Positions 28,957-37,028 of a stretch of DNA of 64,000 nucleotides are shown here, piece after piece. The DNA comes from an uncultured Candidatus Saccharibacteria bacterium. GTDB lineage: Bacteria > Patescibacteriota > Doudnabacteria > UBA920 > 2-01-FULL-46-14. The DNA is taken from assembly GCA_964396685.1 (NCBI GenBank), contig CAYNFS010000003.1, positions 110 through 64,109 on the forward strand, in the 5' to 3' direction. Made by a program: the position numbers and the translations under genes. Numbering within the stretch: position 1 is the stretch's first letter; each line of letters starts with the position of its first letter. Below the pieces are notes generated by a model, which saw nothing but the letters and a program-made list of their open reading frames with translations, had not been told where the DNA came from and did no database searches.

Positions 28957-29999
28957 AAAAGTTTGTTTAGATTTTGTGTTGACGCTTTTATTTTTAAATG
29001 CTCGTAAGCTTGCGGCGTCGCGACGCGCCCTTTGGGCGTGCGGGAAAGCAATCCCAAGCGCATCAGATACGGCTCATAGATATCCTCAATCGTGTCCTCT
29101 TCTTCGCTGGTGGCCGCGGCCAAAGAGTTGACACCCACTGGGCCGCCGCGGAATTTTTCTATAAGAGTTAGCAAAAATTGCCGGTCATTTCGGTCCAGGC
29201 CCAACTCATCCACTTCCAGCATGTGAAGCGCGGCTTGGGCCAGTTCAAAAGTAATCTTGCCGTCGGCTTTCACTTCGGCAAAGTCACGAACTCTTCTTAG
29301 CAGTCTGTTGGCGACTCTCGGGGTGCGGCGGGCGCGTTTGCCAATCTCTTGGGCGGCTTGAGGATCAATGCCAATTGCCAAAATTTGAGCCGAACGGCGG
29401 ACAATTTGTTCAATCTCCAAGGGTTCATAGTAGTCAAGCCGCAAGGTCACGCCAAAACGGTCGCGCAGGGGAGCGGAAATGAGGCCGATTCTTGTGGTGG
29501 CGCCGATTAGCGTGAAGCGGGGGAGATCAAGTCTTACGGAACGCGCGCCCGGCCCCTTTCCCAAAATAATGTCAAAGCGAAAGTCTTCCATGGCCGGATA
29601 CAAAACTTCTTCCACGATCTTGGGTAGCCTGTGGACCTCGTCAATGAACAAAATGTCATTGTCTTGCAGATTGGTAAGCAGACTTGCCAAATCGCCGGCT
29701 CGTTCTATGGCAGGGCCGGACGTAACTTTGATTGTAACACCAAGCTCGTTTGCCAAAACGTGTGCCAGCGTGGTTTTGCCCAAGCCGGGTGGGCCGTAGA
29801 CCAAAAGATGTTCTATCGGCTCTTCGCGTTTCTTGGCCGCTTCCAGAAAAATTTTGAGGTGCTCTTTATTTTTTTCCTGCCCCACGAATTCCTTGAGATT
29901 TTTAGGCCGCAATGTCAAATCAAGCTCCCGGTCATCCGGGGACTCTTTAGCAGTCACCACACCTTGTTTTTCTTTGGAGGGTTTCGAAATCATAAACAA
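28953..29999 (-). CDS. ruvB: Holliday junction branch migration helicase RuvB
   Basis: Walker [25 protein letters not shown], sensor and arginine-finger regions. Confidence 0.95.
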   Translation of the reverse strand: MFMISKPSKEKQGVVTAKESPDDRELDLTLRPKNLKEFVGQEKNKEHLKIFLEAAKKREEPIEHLLVYGPPGLGKTTLAHVLANELGVTIKVTSGPAIERAGDLASLLTNLQDNDILFIDEVHRLPKIVEEVLYPAMEDFRFDIILGKGPGARSVRLDLPRFTLIGATTRIGLISAPLRDRFGVTLRLDYYEPLEIEQIVRRSAQILAIGIDPQAAQEIGKRARRTPRVANRLLRRVRDFAEVKADGKITFELAQAALHMLEVDELGLDRNDRQFLLTLIEKFRGGPVGVNSLAAATSEEEDTIEDIYEPYLMRLGLLSRTPKGRVATPQAYEHLKIKASTQNLNKLL

Positions 30000-30073
30000 A
30001 TATTATGTCATTGCGAGGAGTCCGCGACGAAGCAATCTCATCACCCCCTCATTTTATCACCGATTTTAAGCAT

Positions 30074-30103
30074 TGACAAAGCGCTTCTGTCTAAGCTATA
30101 TTT
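30074..30103 (+). promoter_or_regulatory. sigma70-like promoter for hisG
   Basis: TTGACA, 18-nt spacer, TATATT. RBS GGAGGG at 30121-30126 before the ATG at 30132. Confidence 0.4.
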
Positions 30104-30131
30104 GAATGTCAATAAAGATTGGAGGGACTTC

Positions 30132-30788
30132 ATGCTTAATCTGGCTTTGCCTGACGGCAATCTCGAGAGGAATACTTTGCGGCTTTTGGAGGCCGCGGGT
30201 TTTAGGGTGGAGTTTATGGGGCGAAAATACACGGGCCGGATTCAAGATCCCTGCTTTGCCCACGTGGCGCTGATGCGGCCGCAGATTATGCCGGGACTCA
30301 TAGGAGGAGGAAACTATGATATTGGGATCTGCGGTTCGGACTGGGTTGAAGAAAGCATTACAAAGGCGCGGGTGATTGCGCGGTTCAACTATAATAGCAG
30401 GCAGTTCGGGAACGGGTGGCGGATAGTTTTAGTGGCTGGCGGAACTGATGTGGTCTCGAAGGGTGGGGAAATACCCGACGAGGCTGAGATTTTGAGCGAA
30501 TATCGGTGGATAACCGAGGATTACTTCAACAAAATCCACAAATTCGTGGATGTTAAAGAATCTTTGGGTAAAACCGAAGCGCACATTCCGCATGATTTCC
30601 GGTTTGGAGTCTGTGTTTCTGTAACTGGCGAGACACTCCGGGCCAATAATCTCAAGATCGTGGAAGTTTTGCGAAATGCCAACCCCTTATTGATTGCCTC
30701 GCCTCAAGCGATGCAAGACAAAAAGAAGAACGCCATGCTTGAAAGCGTCGCCGTGGCTCTCACTGAAGCACTCGCTTCTTTGCGCTGA
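30132..30788 (+). CDS. hisG: ATP phosphoribosyltransferase, short form
   Basis: MLNLALPDGNLERNTLRLLEAAGF and YDIGICGSDWVEE match the HisG N-terminal and substrate-binding motifs. 218 aa, which fits the short form. The track ORF at 29631 extends spuriously into ruvB. Confidence 0.7.
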   Translation: MLNLALPDGNLERNTLRLLEAAGFRVEFMGRKYTGRIQDPCFAHVALMRPQIMPGLIGGGNYDIGICGSDWVEESITKARVIARFNYNSRQFGNGWRIVLVAGGTDVVSKGGEIPDEAEILSEYRWITEDYFNKIHKFVDVKESLGKTEAHIPHDFRFGVCVSVTGETLRANNLKIVEVLRNANPLLIASPQAMQDKKKNAMLESVAVALTEALASLR

Positions 30789-30806
30789 CAGACCGCAAAT
30801 AGTCTG
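30781..30806. repeat. 26-nt hairpin motif GCGCTGACAGACCGCAAATAGTCTGT, copy 1, overlapping the hisG stop
   Basis: ACAGAC/GTCTGT inverted repeat. Identical or near-identical copies at 31274-31298 and 33027-33052, and a degenerate copy at 33487-33507. Confidence 0.75.
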
Positions 30807-30813
30807 TTTGTTT

Positions 30814-31002
30814 TTATTTCGGTTCTTCAATGCCCAAATCCCGACAAATTTTTCTGGCAAGAAAATCATTAATTTCTTTGTGCCGGGGGACCGTCGAAGT
30901 GCGTTTTAGTACGGGATTGAAAAAGACAGAATGCCTTGCGCCCTCTCTAATAAAAACACACCCTCTTTTCCGAAGGTGGCGGATTAGGCCGCTGTGTTTC
31001 AT
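30814..31002 (-). CDS. hicA: HicA-family toxin (YcfA-like mRNA interferase)
   Basis: 62 aa, MKHSGLIRHLRKRGCVFIREGARHSVFFNP...VPRHKEI fits the HicA fold pattern (KxxEliklL...G...GSH). Confidence 0.7.
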   Translation of the reverse strand: MKHSGLIRHLRKRGCVFIREGARHSVFFNPVLKRTSTVPRHKEINDFLARKICRDLGIEEPK

Positions 31003-31232
31003 TAAAGAGACACTGTTAGGGCCTTACGTTTTACTTTTCTGCCGTTAGTTTCGATTCTTCCAAGAAGTTTATTTGTTTCAAGTATAAGACGCAGGGCGTC
31101 TTGAAGATTCTCTTTGGTTTCAATCAGCGTTTTGCCTTGAGTATTAACGCCCGGAATTTCTTCGATCCACCCAAGATACCAACGGCCATGTTTTTGATAG
31201 ACTGCCGTGAACTGTCTTTTATTCTTTGCCAT
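31002..31232 (-). CDS. hicB: HicB-family antitoxin
   Basis: 76 aa. YLGWIEEIPGVNTQGKTLIETKENLQDALRLILE matches the HicB/UPF0150 N-domain pattern. Start and stop overlap with hicA. Confidence 0.65.
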   Translation of the reverse strand: MAKNKRQFTAVYQKHGRWYLGWIEEIPGVNTQGKTLIETKENLQDALRLILETNKLLGRIETNGRKVKRKALTVSL

Positions 31233-31273
31233 AACCTAAGTTTATTTAAAAAAGCTGTAAAAGTCAAGAATTA

Positions 31274-31345
31274 GCGCTGACAGGCCGCAGATAGTCTGCC
31301 CACCCGCCAGGATTCTTCCCAGATTCCGGCGGGCTTTTTTTATTT
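31274..31345. repeat. 26-nt motif copy 2 plus downstream terminator-like module CCCGCC...TTCCGGCGGGCTTTTTTTA
   Basis: GCGCTGACAGGCCGCAGATAGTCTG, then a CCCGCC/GGCGGG stem and a T7 run. The same TTCCGGCGGGCTTTTTTTA module follows the degenerate copy at 33531-33550. Confidence 0.65.
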
Positions 31346-31374
31346 CTCGATGTGTAAATATCCAGCGGCCGCTG
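31341..31374. repeat. 34-bp perfect palindrome GTGTAAATATCCAGCGGC|CGCTGGATATTTACAC
   Basis: Fully self-complementary 17+17 bp. Lies about 110 bp upstream of the hicB start codon and just after the cassette terminator. Confidence 0.8.
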
Positions 31375-31441
31375 GATATTTACACAATCAAATTAGATTC
31401 TTTCGCAAATTAATATGAGCCTATCTCAAAATTAGTTTTCT

Positions 31442-31511
31442 GTCATTCCGGGCTTGATCCGGAATCCAGATTTTGGCTTATTTACTGGATTCCCGCTTTC
31501 GCGGGAATGAC
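31442..31511. repeat. two hairpin repeats (GTCATTCCGGGCTTGATCCGGAATC ... CTGGATTCCCGCTTTCGCGGGAATGAC)
   Basis: Same GGAATGAC palindromic family as 14519 and 17808. Confidence 0.7.
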
Positions 31512-31581
31512 GGAAAGCGGGGAAAAATCAATTTTGAGATGAGTTCATATTGCTGTGGCATCTGGCAAAATCTGTCAGTGA

Positions 31582-32334
31582 TTATTTCACCGCAGATTGT
31601 TTCCACATAACCCAAAACCACTTCCGGTAACTCTCCGCCAAGTTCTTGCTATGGAGCACAAAAAAGACGATATTTTCATGAATTTTGAACAGCTCTAATC
31701 CCGTATAGGTCACAACATAATCTCCGAAAACGTGGATGATTGAGTTTGTGGAATATTCTTTTGGCAGGAAGCGATATTTCAGATTTCCCGGCCAGGTTTT
31801 TGCAAAGTCCGGGGCTTGAACTGCAATTTCATGATCAAATAGCTGGTGGAATTTTATTTTTTTACGGTTAGCGTCCTTAAAGAACGCTTCCCTGCTTGTT
31901 GCGAGTTTAGGTTCAAACCAACCGCCTTTGGCACCCACAATGTAATTCTCTTGGCCGACCCGTAAGACATCCCGCCAAATATTTTTTTGACCTTCATGGC
32001 CGCGATAGATGTAGGCTTCTTCCGGAGCAATCCGCTGGACGAATTTTTTCTTGAGTTCCGGCAACACTTTTTGCAGTTGTTGTTCTTTTTCGGCGTACAA
32101 TTCCAGAAGTTTGTCAGGGTCCGCGGCGTTATACCGATTTTCCTTGCTAGAAAAAATTTCAAAGACAAGCCCTTTGTCAATGAGCCGATGAATGGCATCA
32201 TAAGCGTTGCGTCTGTGAATTTTTGCCGCAATCGCAATGTCGCTTATGGAGGATTCCCCTTTTCCCACGAGCGACTCGTAGATCTTGGCTTCGTTGGGAC
32301 TCAAGCCCAGACTTTCAAAAATTTCTTGGTACAT
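31582..32334 (-). CDS. TrmB-family transcriptional regulator (second paralogue in the window)
   Basis: N-terminal wHTH MYQEIFESLGLSPNEAKIYESLVGKGESSISDIAIAAKIHRRNAYDAIHRLIDKGLV plus a C-terminal TrmB domain. Confidence 0.6.
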   Translation of the reverse strand: MYQEIFESLGLSPNEAKIYESLVGKGESSISDIAIAAKIHRRNAYDAIHRLIDKGLVFEIFSSKENRYNAADPDKLLELYAEKEQQLQKVLPELKKKFVQRIAPEEAYIYRGHEGQKNIWRDVLRVGQENYIVGAKGGWFEPKLATSREAFFKDANRKKIKFHQLFDHEIAVQAPDFAKTWPGNLKYRFLPKEYSTNSIIHVFGDYVVTYTGLELFKIHENIVFFVLHSKNLAESYRKWFWVMWKQSAVK

Positions 32335-32350
32335 TTCTACTAAATTATGT

Positions 32351-32368
32351 GGTGATAATTACCACCAA
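32351..32368. promoter_or_regulatory. 18-bp near-perfect palindrome TGGTGATAATTACCACCA, candidate operator
   Basis: One mismatch from perfect dyad symmetry. Lies 17 bp upstream of the TrmB start (minus strand), in the region divergent from the 32454 gene. Confidence 0.35.
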
Positions 32369-32453
32369 ATGGTGCTATTGGCCACTCTTAATACATAATA
32401 TATGCTATCGCTTCAACAGTCAAGCACTGTTGTAAAAGGAGGAATCATTGAGT

Positions 32454-33047
32454 ATGCCTGGATTCATAGTAAAGGCGATTATTTTGCTGGCACTGCCTTA
32501 TCTATTGGACGCCCAAGACCTGCAGAACCGCTCGACTCTGCATTTAATAGCGGACATTACCGACCGGTGGTACGTGGCCCTCTGGCCGATTGCCAACATT
32601 AGAGCGCAGTCACCCAGCAACTTCAACATTTTTGCTGGCGCAGGACGCCGCGGTAAGAATTGGTATCTGGAAGCCATGGCCCAGAAGCAGTGGAACGGCA
32701 AAGGCGGGTTGTGGACGCTAGACTTCCGCTATCGCAGGCAAGTTACCGGTCGCCTTTCGGTTTATGCCGAACCAGACGTTTTCCTTAGCCGGCGCGCGTT
32801 TTACGAGTTTATAATAGTGGAGTATCGCTCATGGCGGAAATTTAACTTGGGCGGTGAAACTGAAAACGTTCACCAGCTCGGTAAAGACGTTCTGGCGGCA
32901 GGGCCGCGGATCAGCCGCCCGCTTGGCAGGCTCTGGGGAACCGACTTTGCGCTCGGATTGGCCTATAGGACAGCTTCACCGGGGCACAATGAAATCAGGA
33001 TTTACCTGAACGCCACCAAGCGTTTTGCGCTGACAGACCGCAAATAG
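32454..33047 (+). CDS. secreted hypothetical protein (signal peptide)
   Basis: MPGFIVKAIILLALPYLLDAQDL signal-peptide-like N-terminus, Trp/Arg-rich, GC-rich. Start set at the ATG after RBS AAAGGAGG (the track used TTG at 32448). Ends inside copy 3 of the 26-nt motif. Confidence 0.4.
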   Translation: MPGFIVKAIILLALPYLLDAQDLQNRSTLHLIADITDRWYVALWPIANIRAQSPSNFNIFAGAGRRGKNWYLEAMAQKQWNGKGGLWTLDFRYRRQVTGRLSVYAEPDVFLSRRAFYEFIIVEYRSWRKFNLGGETENVHQLGKDVLAAGPRISRPLGRLWGTDFALGLAYRTASPGHNEIRIYLNATKRFALTDRK

Positions 33048-33052
33048 TCTGT
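33027..33052. repeat. 26-nt hairpin motif copy 3 (GCGCTGACAGACCGCAAATAGTCTGT)
   Basis: Identical to copy 1. The stop codon of the 32454-33047 gene lies inside it, in a different frame from the hisG case. Confidence 0.75.
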
Positions 33053-33079
33053 CTATTCTGTTTTCGACTGGAGGAAGAA

Positions 33080-33484
33080 ATGAGTAAGGCAGAAATTATC
33101 GCAAAAGCCCTGAAGAAGAATGGGGTGCTTGCGGATTTCGATCCGGAGAATAGGGACGATATGCTTGGTTATTTCCTGGTCATTCGTCAGCCCGGCAAAC
33201 CAGTCTTTCTGGTGGTTGATGAGTCTGGATTACAAAGCCATGCTTCAGTGGTCGCGGCTCTTCGTCGACTGGAAGTTTTACCTCACATGCCCGGGCAAAG
33301 TTTGCCCGAGTCAATAATCCGGTGTATTCGTGGAGGCACATACTCTTATAACTGGATTAAGACATGGCCCATGGAGGGGAATTGGACCATCGGGATGTCT
33401 AGCGGCGACTATGGGGTGGTTTGGGAAGACCTCCGGGCTCGGATAATCGACATTGTGAGCGGTGGGAAGCAGTGGCAGAAATGA
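33080..33484 (+). CDS. hypothetical protein
   Basis: 134 aa with RBS GGAGGAAGAAATG and no recognisable motif. Followed by the degenerate 26-nt motif and the terminator module at 33487-33550. Confidence 0.35.
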   Translation: MSKAEIIAKALKKNGVLADFDPENRDDMLGYFLVIRQPGKPVFLVVDESGLQSHASVVAALRRLEVLPHMPGQSLPESIIRCIRGGTYSYNWIKTWPMEGNWTIGMSSGDYGVVWEDLRARIIDIVSGGKQWQK

Positions 33485-33548
33485 ATCGCTAACAGACCAC
33501 AGAAAGCTTACTCGCCTGAATTCTTTGAAGGGTTCCGGCGGGCTTTTT

Positions 33549-33683
33549 TTATCCGCCTCCGCTCCTGCGACCACGGGCTTGATCGGTGGATGAAGGGCGG
33601 TACGGATAAAGCACGTGAGGGCAAAACATCGTCTGGCTTCGGCGGATGCAGCAGCGAGATTCTAGGCGGATAAATAAGGGCGG
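33549..33683 (+). repeat. conserved structured element of about 135 nt, copy A (TTATCCGCCTCC ... GGCGGATAAA)
   Basis: About 75% identical to 51935-52066. The 5' TTATCCGCC can pair with the 3' GGCGGATAA. Shared internal blocks GTGGATGAAGG, TAAAGCACGT and GCTTCGGCGGATG(C/T)AGCA, with compensatory changes in the hairpin regions. Confidence 0.6.
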
Positions 33684-33728
33684 TTTTCCATGGGATTTAA
33701 GCCGAGTTGGGATTGCTCGCAATGACAG

Positions 33729-35246
33729 CTAGCGGCGATGTTTGAAGTTTTTCAAAAATTCAAGCGCCAAGCGTACGCCGACACCGGTTGCACCTTTCGG
33801 CCGATAAGGTTTTTCGCGCGTGGTCCAGGCGACCCCGGCGATGTCGAGATGAATCCAGGGATAGCTTACAAAGTTTTGCAGGAAAAGCGCGGCGTTAACG
33901 GCGTCTCCCTGCCGAGGAACTGCGCCGACATTTCTTAAATCCGCAAAATCGCTTTTGATAAATTGTTCGTATTCTTTGTAAAGCGGCATTAGCCAGATTT
34001 GCTCGCCGGTTATTTGTGCGGCATTTTTTAATTGCGGCACCAACCTTTCTTGATTGGTAAATGCGCCGATTAGATCGTCTCCCAGTGCTACCACGATTGC
34101 CCCGGTGAGTGTGGCAAAATCAATAACGAGGACGGGCTTGTATTTTTTGGCGTAATCTAAAGCATCGGCCAAAACCATTCTTCCTTCGGCATCAGTATTT
34201 ACGACTTCAATGGTTAGACCTGCACGGGAACGGACGATATCTCCCGGTTTGATCGCTTTGCCCGAGGGAAGATTTTCTGTGGCAGGGATAAGCCCCACCA
34301 AGTTTATGGGGAGTCGCAGCTCGCAGGCGGCTTTGATTGTGGCAAGGACTGTGGCTCCTCCCGCCATGTCATATTTCATTTCCTCCATTTTCTCCGAAGG
34401 CTTGATAGAAATGCCGCCGCTGTCAAAAGTGATTCCTTTGCCCGCCAGGACAACTGTCGGGGCTTTTTTCTCCGCGTGATATTCCAAAACAATAAATTTT
34501 GGCTCCTCATCCGAGCCTTGAGCTACAGCCAGCACGGCGCCCATGCTTTCTTTTTGTAAATCCCCCTTCCCCAAAACTTTGGCTTTGAGAATTTTCGAGT
34601 GCTGTTTGGCCAGATCTAAAGCGTGTTTGGCTAAGTGCTGTGGTGTTGCAACATTTCCCGGGTGGTTTCCTAAATCCCTGGCGTAGTTTGCGGCTTGAGA
34701 CAAAGTATGCGCGACGGTTGCCGCTTTGAGGACCTTGGTTTTGTCGCGGGAGTTGCTTAAAACAAACTGAATTTGTGTTAAGGCCGCGGGTTTTTCTTCT
34801 TCGCCCCGCTTCTTATATTCTGTAAATTTGTAATTCGCGAGCAGTATTCCTTCTGTGAGAGCTTGAGTGGCTGATTCGACCGAGACTTTGCTGGGCAAGG
34901 TTTTTATCAAGGCGATCGCAATATCATTGACTTTGAACTTTTGAGCAACCGGAGCCGCAGCGCTCATGGCCGTTCTTGCTTTCTCCAAGTTATATTCGGA
35001 TTGTTTGCCCAGCCCCAAAAGCAAAACGCGCTTAGCCGCAGTCCTTTTGCCGGTAAACATCGCTTGGGTTTCCGCGAGCTTGGGCTTGAAGTCACCGCGG
35101 CTGATTAAATCGGAAATTTCTTCTCCCAGGGCACGGTTGAGTTCTTTGGCTTTTGGCTCAAGTTCCTTGGCATCTTCAAAAAGAGGGACGATTAGAAGAT
35201 CGGTTTGGATTTGTGATAAAGGCCTGGTGGTGGTTTGAAAATTCAT
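33729..35246 (-). CDS. pepA: leucyl aminopeptidase (M17 family)
   Basis: NTDAEGRMVLADAL and VVNTDAEGR-type M17 active-site motifs. Confidence 0.9.
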   Translation of the reverse strand: MNFQTTTRPLSQIQTDLLIVPLFEDAKELEPKAKELNRALGEEISDLISRGDFKPKLAETQAMFTGKRTAAKRVLLLGLGKQSEYNLEKARTAMSAAAPVAQKFKVNDIAIALIKTLPSKVSVESATQALTEGILLANYKFTEYKKRGEEEKPAALTQIQFVLSNSRDKTKVLKAATVAHTLSQAANYARDLGNHPGNVATPQHLAKHALDLAKQHSKILKAKVLGKGDLQKESMGAVLAVAQGSDEEPKFIVLEYHAEKKAPTVVLAGKGITFDSGGISIKPSEKMEEMKYDMAGGATVLATIKAACELRLPINLVGLIPATENLPSGKAIKPGDIVRSRAGLTIEVVNTDAEGRMVLADALDYAKKYKPVLVIDFATLTGAIVVALGDDLIGAFTNQERLVPQLKNAAQITGEQIWLMPLYKEYEQFIKSDFADLRNVGAVPRQGDAVNAALFLQNFVSYPWIHLDIAGVAWTTREKPYRPKGATGVGVRLALEFLKNFKHRR

Positions 35247-35257
35247 AAATTTACGAA

Positions 35258-36523
35258 TTAATTGTTAAGAGACGAAGTTGAGGTTGGAGTTTGGGGATAC
35301 TCGTAGATTTTGGGGAATAAATTGGGAGAGACATAGCGGGAATTAAAAGTCACTTCCAGGTTTTGGCCGCTAGGCATAATGACTTTGCGCGCGACTTTGG
35401 ATTTGACCGCTCCGTCTGGTGTGCGGTCATAAGGATGAGGGCCGTCTACTATAATCTCTCGCCCGTCGGCCGTTCCGTAAAAATCAAAATAAAGTTTTGT
35501 GCCTGCAATTTCGGTCCAGACGAGAATTGCGCCAGGCGTGTCGTTGATAAACTTCATGTCCTGGGCTCCCGGGTAAATTGTCGCATCAAGCCCCGGTGAT
35601 CTGGGCAGATCATCGCTTATCCAGTCGTAATATCTCACGGCATAAGAGTGATTGCGGCGCTGGGTTATAGGAAGCCCGGAAAAAAATGCGGCTCTAAATG
35701 CAGTCGAAGAGACTTGGCAAAGTCCTCCGCCAAATTCCGGTACCGTACCTTCGGGCTTGATAACCAGCTCTGGTTTATAGCCATGAGCCGCGTCAATGAG
35801 ACCTAAGTAAGAGTTAAAAGAAAATTCTTCATCCGGCTTGATTATCACTCCGCGATATTGGGATGAGCCGACTTTGATATTTTGGATTCTTGAGGCAGAT
35901 GACCCCGAAAAATCCGACTGACCCCTGGCCAGCAATGTTTTTACCCCCAAATTGTTAAGATGCGAAAGTCTGACTTTTGGGGCGCGGGAGTGAATTGGCA
36001 GCTCTGAAGTTTTTTTAGCGGTCGTAAGGGCGAGTAGCAGTGATTCTCGCGCGGCCGCCAAATCCAAAGCTAAACCGTCCCGGTCAGGAACAAACTCGAC
36101 GGCGCGGTCGTTTTCAATTTTAAGCAAAGCATCTTGGGGCAGACGATTAATTTCTGCTGCGACCCCGATCAGATATTCGCCCAAATCCTTCTCGTCCACG
36201 AGAAGACCTTTTATTGTAGTAGAGTTTCGCAAACTTGACAAGAAGTGCCCGGACAAGGTATCAGGACTTTTTGGAAGGATTGCTGGATTGTCACTTGCCC
36301 AGGAAGCCAGGATTTTTTCGTCAATGACCCAAAACTTGTTTTCCCGGCCAAGAAGTTGTAGTTCCTTGTCCTCCCGGGATAAATTCATTTTAACAAGCTC
36401 CGCGTTTTTATCTGATTTGGCCTCGGCGTCAGGCCTCCAAACTGAAAAAGCCGAGACAATTATGAAGCCCGCAGTGAATTCCGCAAGCAGCAATACAATT
36501 AAGATTAGAGCGAGCCGTTTCAT
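35258..36523 (-). CDS. VanW-family protein
   Basis: Signal/TM N-terminus plus EFGGGLCQVSSTAFRAAFFSGL, a VanW hallmark. Confidence 0.75.
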   Translation of the reverse strand: MKRLALILIVLLLAEFTAGFIIVSAFSVWRPDAEAKSDKNAELVKMNLSREDKELQLLGRENKFWVIDEKILASWASDNPAILPKSPDTLSGHFLSSLRNSTTIKGLLVDEKDLGEYLIGVAAEINRLPQDALLKIENDRAVEFVPDRDGLALDLAAARESLLLALTTAKKTSELPIHSRAPKVRLSHLNNLGVKTLLARGQSDFSGSSASRIQNIKVGSSQYRGVIIKPDEEFSFNSYLGLIDAAHGYKPELVIKPEGTVPEFGGGLCQVSSTAFRAAFFSGLPITQRRNHSYAVRYYDWISDDLPRSPGLDATIYPGAQDMKFINDTPGAILVWTEIAGTKLYFDFYGTADGREIIVDGPHPYDRTPDGAVKSKVARKVIMPSGQNLEVTFNSRYVSPNLFPKIYEYPQTPTSTSSLNN

Positions 36524-36530
36524 TTATAGA

Positions 36531-36959
36531 TTAGAGATTATTGATTGTGATGATTCTTTCCTTCGGGTTTCTGCCGTGGGCAAACTGCAGTCTTATAGTT
36601 TTTTTGGGCAGAAGTTTTTTGACTTTTCCCGGCCACTCGATTGCCACAACGGCTTTTTTGCCGCTTATAATTTCGGAAAATCCAAGCTCCTCGAGCTCTT
36701 TTGTGTTTTTAAGCCTGTATAAATCAAAGTGGTAAAAAGTGTGAGCCTGCGCCAAAGGATACTTTCCGATAATGACAAATGTTGGGCTTATGATGCGCGA
36801 TTTTATGCCCAGCGCACGGGTCAAGCCTTTGACAAATGTTGTTTTGCCACTTCCTAAGGGGCCGTAAAGAGCCAAAATTCCCCCTCCCTTTAATTTTTTT
36901 GCCAAACTTGCGGCGAGTTTGCGAGTTTGGGCTTGAGAGGCAGTGTGAAACATCGGCAT
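36531..36959 (-). CDS. tsaE: tRNA threonylcarbamoyladenosine biosynthesis protein TsaE
   Basis: P-loop LALYGPLGSGKTTFVKGL, 142 aa, the YjeE pattern. Confidence 0.8.
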   Translation of the reverse strand: MPMFHTASQAQTRKLAASLAKKLKGGGILALYGPLGSGKTTFVKGLTRALGIKSRIISPTFVIIGKYPLAQAHTFYHFDLYRLKNTKELEELGFSEIISGKKAVVAIEWPGKVKKLLPKKTIRLQFAHGRNPKERIITINNL

Positions 36960-36981
36960 TACCTCATTTTACCACAAAAGC

Positions 36982-37010
36982 TTGACGCTTGTAAGAAGGT
37001 TTAGTATAGT
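36982..37010 (+). promoter_or_regulatory. sigma70-like promoter for the DHH phosphoesterase gene
   Basis: TTGACG, 17-nt spacer, TATAGT, 19 nt before the ATG. Confidence 0.45.
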
Positions 37011-37028
37011 AATCCGATAATCATTTTT

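Noticed and set aside
29631-30131. 5' part of the track ORF 29631-30788
   Set aside because: It overlaps ruvB on the opposite strand and has no HisG similarity. hisG starts at 30132, after a promoter and RBS.
30781-33052. 26-nt motif as integron attC sites
   Set aside because: There are no RYYYAAC/GTTRRRY core sites and no intI in the window. Reported as cassette-like only.
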